A stretch of DNA of 64,000 nt, taken from NCBI GenBank assembly GCA_963842185.1, contig CAWJFL010000013.1:372022-436021 (forward strand), written 5' to 3'. Positions within the stretch are counted from its first letter, which is position 1; every line of letters begins with the position of its first letter. The notes below the pieces were generated by a model that was not told the origin of the DNA, did no database searches, and saw only the letters and a list, made by a program, of their open reading frames with translations. The translations under genes and the position numbers were made by a program. Below, in pieces: positions 56,648-64,000 of this stretch. This DNA comes from an uncultured Verrucomicrobiae bacterium (GTDB taxonomy: Bacteria > Verrucomicrobiota > Verrucomicrobiia > Palsa-1439).

Positions 56648-57580
56648 GTGCAACGGAGCTATGCCATTATCGGCACAGGTGCGCTGGGAGGGTTCTATGG
56701 CGCGCGATTGCAGCACGCCGGTTGTGAACTGCATTTCCTGCTGCACAGCGATTACGAATACGTGCGCCAGCACGGACTGATCTGCGAATCCAAGGACGGC
56801 GACTTCACCCTCCCGAAAGTGAACGCCTATCGCGATGTACGCGACATGCCGAAATGCGACGTCGTGTGCGTCTGCCTCAAGACAACACAGAATCATTTGC
56901 TGCCCCAATTGTTGCCGCCGGTCGTCGAAGACGATGGCGTCGTGCTCGTGATGCAAAATGGTCTCGGCATCGAGGCGCAGGTGGCTGAGGTCGTCGGCGC
57001 GCAACCCGTGATGGGCGGACTGTGTTTCCTTTGTTCCAACAAGGTCGGCCCCGGCCACATTCGACACCTCGACTATGGACATGTTGGACTGGGTGAATTC
57101 GCGACACACGGCATCAGCGAACGCATGCGCGCGATTGCCGGCGATTTGAACCGCGCCGGCATTCTCACCCAACTTCACGAAGACTTGGCTGTCGTCCGGT
57201 GGCAAAAACTCGTCTGGAATATTCCCTACAACGGACTCTCGGTGGTCTTGGATGCGACGACCTCGGAGTTGATGACGAACCCGCACACCCGCCAGCTTGT
57301 CGAACAACTCATGCGGGAAGTGGTCGCCGACGCACGCACGAGCGGCGTGACAATCACCGGTGACACCGTCGAAAAAATGCTCGCCTATACGGACAAGATG
57401 ATTCCCTATCGCACGAGCATGAAGATCGACTACGATGAACGTCATCCAATGGAAGTCGAAGCCATCTTCGGAAATCCGCTCCGGACCGCCCAACAGGCGG
57501 GAGCAAAATCCCCCCTGCTTGAAGAACTGTACCATCAACTCAAGTTTTTGGACGCAAGGAATACCGCGTCGTCCCACTGA
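56648..57580 (+). CDS. panE: 2-dehydropantoate 2-reductase (ketopantoate reductase, ApbA/PanE family)
   Basis: YAIIGTGALGGFYGARL (Rossmann fold) and ...GGLCFLCSNKVGPGHIRH... The track start is GTG 56648. Confidence 0.8.
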   Translation: MQRSYAIIGTGALGGFYGARLQHAGCELHFLLHSDYEYVRQHGLICESKDGDFTLPKVNAYRDVRDMPKCDVVCVCLKTTQNHLLPQLLPPVVEDDGVVLVMQNGLGIEAQVAEVVGAQPVMGGLCFLCSNKVGPGHIRHLDYGHVGLGEFATHGISERMRAIAGDLNRAGILTQLHEDLAVVRWQKLVWNIPYNGLSVVLDATTSELMTNPHTRQLVEQLMREVVADARTSGVTITGDTVEKMLAYTDKMIPYRTSMKIDYDERHPMEVEAIFGNPLRTAQQAGAKSPLLEELYHQLKFLDARNTASSH

Positions 57581-57592
57581 ATCCTGTCGTCA

Positions 57593-58519
57593 TCATTTCT
57601 TCGGATGGCGTGCAAAAAAGTCCCACATCAAATCCGTCGCGGAAATCTCTTTTGTCGGTTCCGAACCAAGCAGGTACGCCTGCCCTCCGGGCCATGCGTG
57701 GCCGCCGCCGTTGACCGTGTACAGCACAACTTCGGCGCCGTCCTTCCCGCCGCTGTAAATCTCCGTCCGAATACTCCCCTTCTCGCTGCGCCTGGCAGTT
57801 TCCGAGCAGCCATTGTGTTTCAACCAAAACGACACGGCGTACGACACAGAGTTATCCACGCGAAAGTGCCGATCGACTTTCTGGACCGGCTCGCCGCCAT
57901 TGTACAACACGTGTTCGTCAGCCGTGCCGTGGAAGATTATCACTGAAACGGGATCGGCGGGTTGACAATTCTCCACGTTCAACGCTCCGGCCACGGGCGC
58001 GATGGCGGCGATCCTGTCGGACAATTCGCACCCCAGCCGATAGGTCATCATGCCGCCGTTGGACATGCCCGTGACATAGACGCGCTTGGGATCGATGGAT
58101 CGTGTCTTCACCAGTTCATCAACCAACGCCCTGATGAATCCGACGTCGTCGACGTTCTTGTCCATCGCGTACCCGCAACAGTTGCCCGAGTTCCACGTCA
58201 GCAACCGGGTTTTCAGCCGCCCCGAGCCGTTTGGATATACAACGACGAACCCTTCTTTGTCCGCCTTTTCGCTAAAGCCCGTCATCCGCACGGCACCCGG
58301 CGCGTTTCCACCTCCGCCGTGCAACACGATCACCAGCGGCAGCGACCGTTTCCCATCGTAGACAGGCGGGAGATGCAGCAAATACGTTCGTCCCTGCTGT
58401 CCAACGGTCAGCGCCAATACGTGATCGCCAAGCTTCAACTCATCCGCATGACTTGACATCGCGAGAAAAGTTAACACACAAGCCACCATCGCCGCCTTTG
58501 CCAATTCCCATGGTCGCAT
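57593..58519 (-). CDS. Secreted esterase of the PHB-depolymerase/LpqC family
   Basis: A signal peptide (MRPWELAKAAMVACVLTFLAMSSHA), LVIVLHGGGGN, the nucleophile elbow GMSNGG, and ...FHGTADE... The start is chosen at ATG 58519. Confidence 0.75.
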   Translation of the reverse strand: MRPWELAKAAMVACVLTFLAMSSHADELKLGDHVLALTVGQQGRTYLLHLPPVYDGKRSLPLVIVLHGGGGNAPGAVRMTGFSEKADKEGFVVVYPNGSGRLKTRLLTWNSGNCCGYAMDKNVDDVGFIRALVDELVKTRSIDPKRVYVTGMSNGGMMTYRLGCELSDRIAAIAPVAGALNVENCQPADPVSVIIFHGTADEHVLYNGGEPVQKVDRHFRVDNSVSYAVSFWLKHNGCSETARRSEKGSIRTEIYSGGKDGAEVVLYTVNGGGHAWPGGQAYLLGSEPTKEISATDLMWDFFARHPKK

Positions 58520-58574
58520 ATTGCCCCACCTCACACCCACAGAAGCGCAACCGCACGCCACGAAGTTACAGACG

Positions 58575-59135
58575 CTATTCGCTGCTTTGCCACCGCTTGA
58601 CGAGTTTGTGTTCGATGCCGAGATGATCCAACACGCGCGCGACAATCGTGTCCACAACTTCCGTGATCGTCTTCGGTTTGTTGTAGAAGGACGGACTGGC
58701 GGGAATGATCGTCGCTCCCGCCTCGGTCAGCGTCGCCATGTTGCGTAGGTGAACCAGGTTGTACGGTGACTCGCGTGGAACAAAAATCAGTTTGCGCCGC
58801 TCCTTCAGAAACACGTCCGCCGCTCGGGCAACGGTGGTATCGGATACTCCATTCGCCACGCGGCCAATCGTGCCCATCGACGCCGGGATGACCACCATCG
58901 CGCCAAATTTAGACGAACCACTCACAAACGGGACAAACATCGATCCGTTCTCGTCGTATTGGATCACGGACGGCGCGATCTTCAACTCGCCTTTTGGCAA
59001 TTCCAGTTGCCCGACTTCACGGGCGTGCTTCGTCGAAATGAAATGAATCTCGTGCGTTTTCGGGTCGAGGTTATCCAGCAATCGCTGCGTGTAGATCGCC
59101 CCACTGGCACCCGTCATCGCCACGACAATCTTCAT
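58575..59135 (-). CDS. ubiX: Flavin prenyltransferase UbiX (prenyl-FMN synthase)
   Basis: [15 protein letters not shown]... is typical of the UbiX/Pad1 flavoprotein family. It is 186 aa long. Confidence 0.9.
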   Translation of the reverse strand: MKIVVAMTGASGAIYTQRLLDNLDPKTHEIHFISTKHAREVGQLELPKGELKIAPSVIQYDENGSMFVPFVSGSSKFGAMVVIPASMGTIGRVANGVSDTTVARAADVFLKERRKLIFVPRESPYNLVHLRNMATLTEAGATIIPASPSFYNKPKTITEVVDTIVARVLDHLGIEHKLVKRWQSSE

Positions 59136-60397
59136 AGCGTCTTTACCGCCTCCGTCGCCGCCCGCAAAGTCTGTTCGATGTCTGCTTCCGTGTGCGCCAA
59201 AGAGACGAAGCCCACCTCGAATTGTGACGGCGCGAGATACACACCGCGCCCCAGCATCCCATGGAAGAACCGCCCATAGCGTTTTGTGTCGCTTGTTTTC
59301 GCGCTGGTGTAATCCACCACGTCACGGTCCGTGAAGAACGTGCAGAACAACGACCCGATGCGTGCCTGATGCCCCTTCACAACCTTTTTCCATTCACCGC
59401 ACAATGCCGTGGTGAGCCGTTCCAATTTCTCGTACGTCCCGGCTTGTGAAAGTTCCTCCAACGTCGCGATTCCCGCGGCCATTGCCAGCGGATTGCCGGA
59501 AAGCGTCCCGGCCTGATACACCGGGCCGACAGGGGCAAGCATGTCCATCACATCCGCCCGGCCGCCAAACGCGCCGACAGGCAAGCCGCCGCCGATGATC
59601 TTGCCCAGCGTGGTCAGGTCCGCCTGAATTCCATACAATTCCTGCGCGCCCCCTCGCGCGACGCGAAAACCGCTGATGACTTCGTCCAAAATCAGCAACG
59701 CGCCGCTCTCGTGCGTGAGTTTGCGCAGCTTTTCGAGGAAACCGGCCTTCAGCGGGATCAATCCCATGTTTGCAGGGATTGGCTCAATGATGACGCAAGC
59801 AATCTCGCGCCAGTTCACAGAATCAAGCGCGCCGAGATCATTCAATGGCAACGTCAGTGTGTTCCGCGCGAAATCTGCCGGAACGCCCGCGCTGTCTGGC
59901 ACATCAAACGTCGCCCCGCCCGATCCCGCCTTCACCAGCAGCGCATCGGCGTGGCCGTGATAACAGCCTTCGAACTTGAGAATCTTGTCTCGCTTCGTAA
60001 ACCCGCGCGCCAGACGAATGGCCGACATGGTCGCTTCCGTCCCCGAGTTGACAAATCGGACTTTCTGAATCGATGGGAACGCTGCACACACCAACTGTGC
60101 CAGCCGCACTTCGCGCGGATTGGGGGTGCCAAAGCTGGTTCCGTCGCGGGCCGCTTCCTGCACCGCCCGCACCACCTTCGGATGCGCGTGCCCCAGGATC
60201 ATCGGCCCCCACGAGCAGACATAGTCGATGTACTCGTTGCCATCGACGTCCCACAGGCGCGAGCCTTTGGCGCGTTGCGTAAAGAATGGCGTGCCACCCA
60301 CGCCCCGAAACGCGCGCACGGGTGAATTCACCCCGCCGGGAAGGTAATGCAGGGCTTCCTGCCAGAGTTTTTCCGAGTATTCGTGTGAGGAATTCAT
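59132..60397 (-). CDS. hemL: Glutamate-1-semialdehyde 2,1-aminomutase
   Basis: 421 aa class-III aminotransferase ([13 protein letters not shown]..., DEVISGFR...). Confidence 0.9.
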   Translation of the reverse strand: MNSSHEYSEKLWQEALHYLPGGVNSPVRAFRGVGGTPFFTQRAKGSRLWDVDGNEYIDYVCSWGPMILGHAHPKVVRAVQEAARDGTSFGTPNPREVRLAQLVCAAFPSIQKVRFVNSGTEATMSAIRLARGFTKRDKILKFEGCYHGHADALLVKAGSGGATFDVPDSAGVPADFARNTLTLPLNDLGALDSVNWREIACVIIEPIPANMGLIPLKAGFLEKLRKLTHESGALLILDEVISGFRVARGGAQELYGIQADLTTLGKIIGGGLPVGAFGGRADVMDMLAPVGPVYQAGTLSGNPLAMAAGIATLEELSQAGTYEKLERLTTALCGEWKKVVKGHQARIGSLFCTFFTDRDVVDYTSAKTSDTKRYGRFFHGMLGRGVYLAPSQFEVGFVSLAHTEADIEQTLRAATEAVKTL

Positions 60398-60458
60398 CTC
60401 CGCAAAAATCTAGCAGGTTTCCCAACCGATGCCAGACGAAAGACCGACGCCAAAGTCT

Positions 60459-62999
60459 TCATCGCCACTCGTGTTTCGGATACTTCCTCTGAAGTTCCAG
60501 CTTCAACTTCGGATACGTCTCCCGCCAGAAGGTGGCGAGATTGTCCGTCACTTGCACGGGACGCTGGTTCGGCGCAAGCACTTCGATCCGCACCGGCACC
60601 CGGCGTTGCGCAATCCACAATCCTTGTTTCACTCCGTACAGGTCCTGAACGCGTGCCGCCAGCGTCGGCGGGCCGTCCATCGTATAGGTAACCTTCGCCT
60701 TTCGCCCGCCCGGCAATTCAATCCGCTCCGGCGCGTACTCCTCGACCCACGCCTGTTGTTGTCCCGACAACCATGCCTTCATCACCGGCCACACCGGCTT
60801 GTCCTTGATCTCCTTGTAACTGGTCGCACCGTGGCAAATCTGTTCGACGAGCGCCTTTCGGTCGTCGTCGCCGACCGCAGGAATTTCCAATTCCGGCATC
60901 CACTCATGGAGCCAATTCACACGCAGAATCCATTGCTCCACCGCCTCATCCCAGTTCTTCAGGACGCATCGGCCTGCCAGCACCTCACCGGCGAGGATCC
61001 GCGCGGCATCGTCCAGCGGCACATCCTCGACGCGTCCCGCCTCCAGCACCAAATCGCGAAATTGTGTCCGCCGCTCCGCAAACACCCGCCGCTGAGTCGT
61101 GTCATACACCACGGCCTGCGCCTCCGTAAAATCGCCCGGGAAAAGTTCCCGCAACCATTCCTTCTGGATCGCCGTCGCCATGGTCAACAGCACATTCAAT
61201 TCCTTGTCCTTGCCCGTCCCGCTCTGGATTTCGTGCACTTCAGTCACCACCAGCAACGGCGAATTTTGCACGACACTCTCGCGAGCCAGCACCCCGCGCC
61301 GACCGTGGACCAATTCGCATCGCAACGTACCGGCATCGAGCCGGCGCCCCACGTGATCGGAAAACCCGAGCAGTATGCAGCGTTGGATCGCATCCGTGGC
61401 CGCGCGCTTTTCGCTTACGTCCAACCCTTCGCATTTCGCGATGTTGAGGAATTGCTCGAACAACGGCCCCACTTGCCGCGCCGACTGCGCGTGGATACCC
61501 AGCCGTCGGCACCGGTCGAGGTTGTAGCCGTTGCGGTCCGCATACCGCCACGCGCGCATCAATACAAAGAAATCCGATTGCGTTTCACCACCGAACAAAT
61601 CGTCACGCGCGTCTTCGACCTGCCGGCCCTGCCGGCGCACGAGCAAATCGCGTCCCTGTGTGAGCGCGGCGATCAATGCCACTTGCCGCACACACCCGTA
61701 CTCCTGTGCCGCCAACAGCATCCGCGAATACCGCGGATGCAGCGGAAACGCCAGCATCCGCCGACCAAGTTCCGTAATCGCACTGCCTCTGTTTTCCAAC
61801 GCGCCCAAATCCTTCAACAACAGCTCGGCCCGCTCCAACGACTGACGGCTGGGCGATTCCAACCAGCGAAATGTGTGCACGTCGCTCACGCCGCTTGCCT
61901 TGAGCGTCAAGACGACTTCTGAGAGATCTAGCCGTTCCACCTCGGATAATTCCTGCGCGGGTCGCTGTTCGTGTTCATGCTTCGTCCACAAGCGCAGGCA
62001 CACACCCGGCGCGGTGCGGCCAGCACGGCCGGCCCGCTGGTCCGCCGACGCGCGGCTGATTTTCTCGACCAGCAACGTGTTGATACCGCGATACGGGTCG
62101 TAACGCGGGATGCGAGCCAACCCGCTGTCGATCACAATCCGCACGCCGTCAATTGTCAGCGATGTCTCGGCGACGTTGGTGGAGACGACGACCTTGCGGC
62201 GGTCGTATTGGGCGACAGCCGCGTCCTGGTCGTTGGTCGGCAAATCGCCGTGCAACGGCAGGACAATGAATTGGCTGCCCAGCGCATCCTGCGCCGTCTG
62301 CACCGTCCGGCTGATCTCGTAGCCACCGGGCATGAATACCAGCGCGTCTCCATCGTGTTCCGCCACGAGCCGCTCCAATTCCTTCACCGCCGCCTCCCAA
62401 ATCGGCCAGTCACCCACGGGTTTGGGCAGGTAATCGATCTCGACCGGAAACGTGCGGCCCTGCGACGAGAGCAGTTCGCAAGGCTCCAGATACTTCCGCA
62501 ACGGGCCGACATCCAGCGTGGCTGACATCACCGCAATAATGAGATCCGGTCGCGCCGTTTCCTGAATCTGCAGCGCCCGCGCCAGTGTGATGTCGCCGTA
62601 CAAATGCCGCTCGTGAAACTCATCAAAAATAATTGCGCTGACGCCTCGCAATGTCTCGTCGGAGAGCATCTGCCGCAGCAGGATGCCTTCGGTGACGTAA
62701 CGGATCCGCGTCGCGCGTGAGGTAACATCGTCGAGACGAATTTGGTAGCCAACCTCCTCGCCCAGCTTCACGCCGCGATCCTTGGCAACCCACGCCGCCA
62801 ACATTCTTGCTGGCAACCGCCGTGGCTGCAAGATGACGACCTGCCCAGCGCCCAACAGTCCGCCGTCGAGCAACATCTGCGGCACCTGCGTTGACTTTCC
62901 CGATCCCGTTGGCGCGGTCAGGATTAACCGCCGCTGCCTTGCCAACGCCGACAGCAGAGGCTCTCGTAATTCCATGATTGGCAGGCTGCGGACGCTCAT
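60459..62999 (-). CDS. hrpB: ATP-dependent RNA helicase HrpB (DEAH/RHA family)
   Basis: 846 aa. Motifs: TAPTGSGKSTQVPQ (motif I), DEFHER (motif II), SAT, and a C-terminal HrpB-specific domain. Confidence 0.9.
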   Translation of the reverse strand: MSVRSLPIMELREPLLSALARQRRLILTAPTGSGKSTQVPQMLLDGGLLGAGQVVILQPRRLPARMLAAWVAKDRGVKLGEEVGYQIRLDDVTSRATRIRYVTEGILLRQMLSDETLRGVSAIIFDEFHERHLYGDITLARALQIQETARPDLIIAVMSATLDVGPLRKYLEPCELLSSQGRTFPVEIDYLPKPVGDWPIWEAAVKELERLVAEHDGDALVFMPGGYEISRTVQTAQDALGSQFIVLPLHGDLPTNDQDAAVAQYDRRKVVVSTNVAETSLTIDGVRIVIDSGLARIPRYDPYRGINTLLVEKISRASADQRAGRAGRTAPGVCLRLWTKHEHEQRPAQELSEVERLDLSEVVLTLKASGVSDVHTFRWLESPSRQSLERAELLLKDLGALENRGSAITELGRRMLAFPLHPRYSRMLLAAQEYGCVRQVALIAALTQGRDLLVRRQGRQVEDARDDLFGGETQSDFFVLMRAWRYADRNGYNLDRCRRLGIHAQSARQVGPLFEQFLNIAKCEGLDVSEKRAATDAIQRCILLGFSDHVGRRLDAGTLRCELVHGRRGVLARESVVQNSPLLVVTEVHEIQSGTGKDKELNVLLTMATAIQKEWLRELFPGDFTEAQAVVYDTTQRRVFAERRTQFRDLVLEAGRVEDVPLDDAARILAGEVLAGRCVLKNWDEAVEQWILRVNWLHEWMPELEIPAVGDDDRKALVEQICHGATSYKEIKDKPVWPVMKAWLSGQQQAWVEEYAPERIELPGGRKAKVTYTMDGPPTLAARVQDLYGVKQGLWIAQRRVPVRIEVLAPNQRPVQVTDNLATFWRETYPKLKLELQRKYPKHEWR

Positions 63000-63037
63000 T
63001 GCGCAAAGGAGTTTAACATATACCCGGTCTTGTTGCC

Positions 63038-63397
63038 GTGCCCGAGCCGCTTATACTATCAGCACCCATGGCCGAACGATTTCACCATCACGTCTACGTC
63101 GTGCTCCTTGACAACGCAGTGTTGAAGGAGCGCAAAGTCGCGGCGGCGAACCCGAAGCGCGACCCAAAGAAGCCCTGCGTGTATGTCGGCATGACAGGCA
63201 TTCCGCCCATCGAGCGATTTCAGAACCACAAGGACGGCCACAAATCATCGCACTACGTCCAGAAATACGGGGTGCGGTTGTTGCCCGAGTTGTACGAGTA
63301 TCTCAACCCCATGCCCTACGAGGCCGCTTGTCGGATGGAAAACGATCTCGCCGAGGATTTGCGCGAACAGGGTTACACGGTTTGCGGCGGCACCTGA
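63038..63397 (+). CDS. Small hypothetical protein with a GIY-YIG-like motif arrangement
   Basis: ..HHVYVVLLDN...CVYVGMTGIPPIERFQNHKDGHKSSHYVQKYG... This is a GIY...YIG...R..H..G-like spacing. The start could be ATG 63068 (MAERFHHHVYVV). The call is weak. Confidence 0.4.
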   Translation: MPEPLILSAPMAERFHHHVYVVLLDNAVLKERKVAAANPKRDPKKPCVYVGMTGIPPIERFQNHKDGHKSSHYVQKYGVRLLPELYEYLNPMPYEAACRMENDLAEDLREQGYTVCGGT

Positions 63398-63400
63398 GAA

Positions 63401-64000
63401 TCAATTCTTTACGCGCGCGATGGCGAGGCCGTCGACGCCCTCCCGCGTCACCGTCACCACAATCGTTTCGAGCTTCGGGTGCACGGCCAGTTTCTTGTTG
63501 AACTCCTGGATTCCTTGCACTTGTTTGTCGTTCTCGGCGATCTGCGTCACCTTTCCATCGCGAATCACGTTATCGGCAAGGATCAGGCTGCCCGGATGCG
63601 TCAGTTTCACCGCATAATCCAGATACACCGGATAGCTCGGTTTGTCCGCATCGATGAAGACCAGGTCAAATGGCTGTTCCTCTCCATCCACCATCCTTTT
63701 CAGCAAGACCTGCGCATCCCCATGCCGAGTTTCGATCCGGGACACCAACCCGGCCCGCTCCAGGTTCTTGCGGGCGACGTGAATACATTTCTCGTCCACT
63801 TCCAGCGTCACCAAATGGCCCTGCGGACCGATCGCCTGGGCCAACCACATGGTGCTGTAGCCGCCCAGCAGGCCGATTTCGAGCACGCGGCGCGCGCCTG
63901 CGATCTTGGCCAGCAGATATAGCAACTTGCCCTCGTTCGCCGACACGTTGATCTTCGGCAAGCCGGCTTCAGCAGCGTCCCGCAGCGCTTGCAAGAACAC
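63401..64000 (-). CDS. Class I SAM-dependent O-methyltransferase (family 3, caffeoyl-CoA OMT-like); 5' end may lie beyond the window edge
   Basis: ...VLEIGLLGGYSTMWLAQAI... (SAM motif I) and LVFIDADKPSYPVYLDYAVKL...GSLILADNV. The ORF runs to position 64000 with no start inside the window. Confidence 0.8.
   Translation of the reverse strand: MFLQALRDAAEAGLPKINVSANEGKLLYLLAKIAGARRVLEIGLLGGYSTMWLAQAIGPQGHLVTLEVDEKCIHVARKNLERAGLVSRIETRHGDAQVLLKRMVDGEEQPFDLVFIDADKPSYPVYLDYAVKLTHPGSLILADNVIRDGKVTQIAENDKQVQGIQEFNKKLAVHPKLETIVVTVTREGVDGLAIARVKN

Noticed and set aside
60429-61922. 497-aa plus-strand ORF
   Set aside because: It is antisense to hrpB, which has all its helicase motifs in order. The ORF has no recognisable domains.
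1-64000. tRNA, rRNA and CRISPR arrays
   Set aside because: I scanned all ORF-free stretches longer than 60 bp for tRNA hallmarks (GGTTCGAATCC-like T-arm, TAGCTCAG-like D-arm) and for regularly spaced direct repeats. None were found. The only tandem repeats are the AGTAGCC heptamers and the G-rich 30-mer, and neither has CRISPR-like unique spacers.

Overview
This is a 64 kb window of a high-GC bacterial chromosome, mostly conserved housekeeping genes on the minus strand. I cannot assign a taxon from sequence alone. 

The two conserved blocks are:
- A complete division/cell-wall (dcw) cluster at about 21.6-41.6 kb. Gene order is mraZ, a 520 bp insert, rsmH, ftsL, ftsI, murE, murF, mraY, murD, a LysM protein, ftsW, murG, a single-ORF murC-murB fusion, ddl, ftsQ, ftsA, ftsZ.
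- A futalosine-pathway menaquinone operon at about 50.5-56.5 kb: a TAG-interrupted membrane protein, a UbiA-family prenyltransferase, two MqnC/MqnE-type radical-SAM enzymes flanking mqnA, and adk. ubiX, hemL, panE, hrpB, metG and fmt lie nearby.

The accessory and unusual content is:
- A precisely delimited 1000 bp IS630-family element with a TA target duplication, 30 bp inverted repeats and an A7 slippery site.
- A roughly 1,200-codon indolepyruvate:ferredoxin oxidoreductase-family gene next to the IS, broken by at least 5 frameshifts.
- A degenerate, lower-GC patch at 16.7-19.4 kb holding a 5'-truncated PIN toxin remnant, a STAND/NACHT-like NTPase fragment with a non-canonical Walker A, a three-copy direct-repeat family with hairpins, and a G-quadruplex-type tandem repeat.
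- A 940-aa secreted protein that combines a novel ~22-residue beta-helix-like repeat with C-terminal HEAT repeats.
- Single-base frameshifts, most resolvable ones in homopolymer runs, in ftsQ, a GH63-like glucosidase, a WecA-like glycosyltransferase and a large membrane glycosyltransferase-like gene.

These frameshifts are either consensus errors or real decay. I cannot distinguish the two from sequence. If the frameshifts are errors, they should be corrected before any biological reading.

No tRNA, rRNA or CRISPR array was found. All coordinates are read from the supplied ORF track plus manual codon checks and may be off by a few bases.
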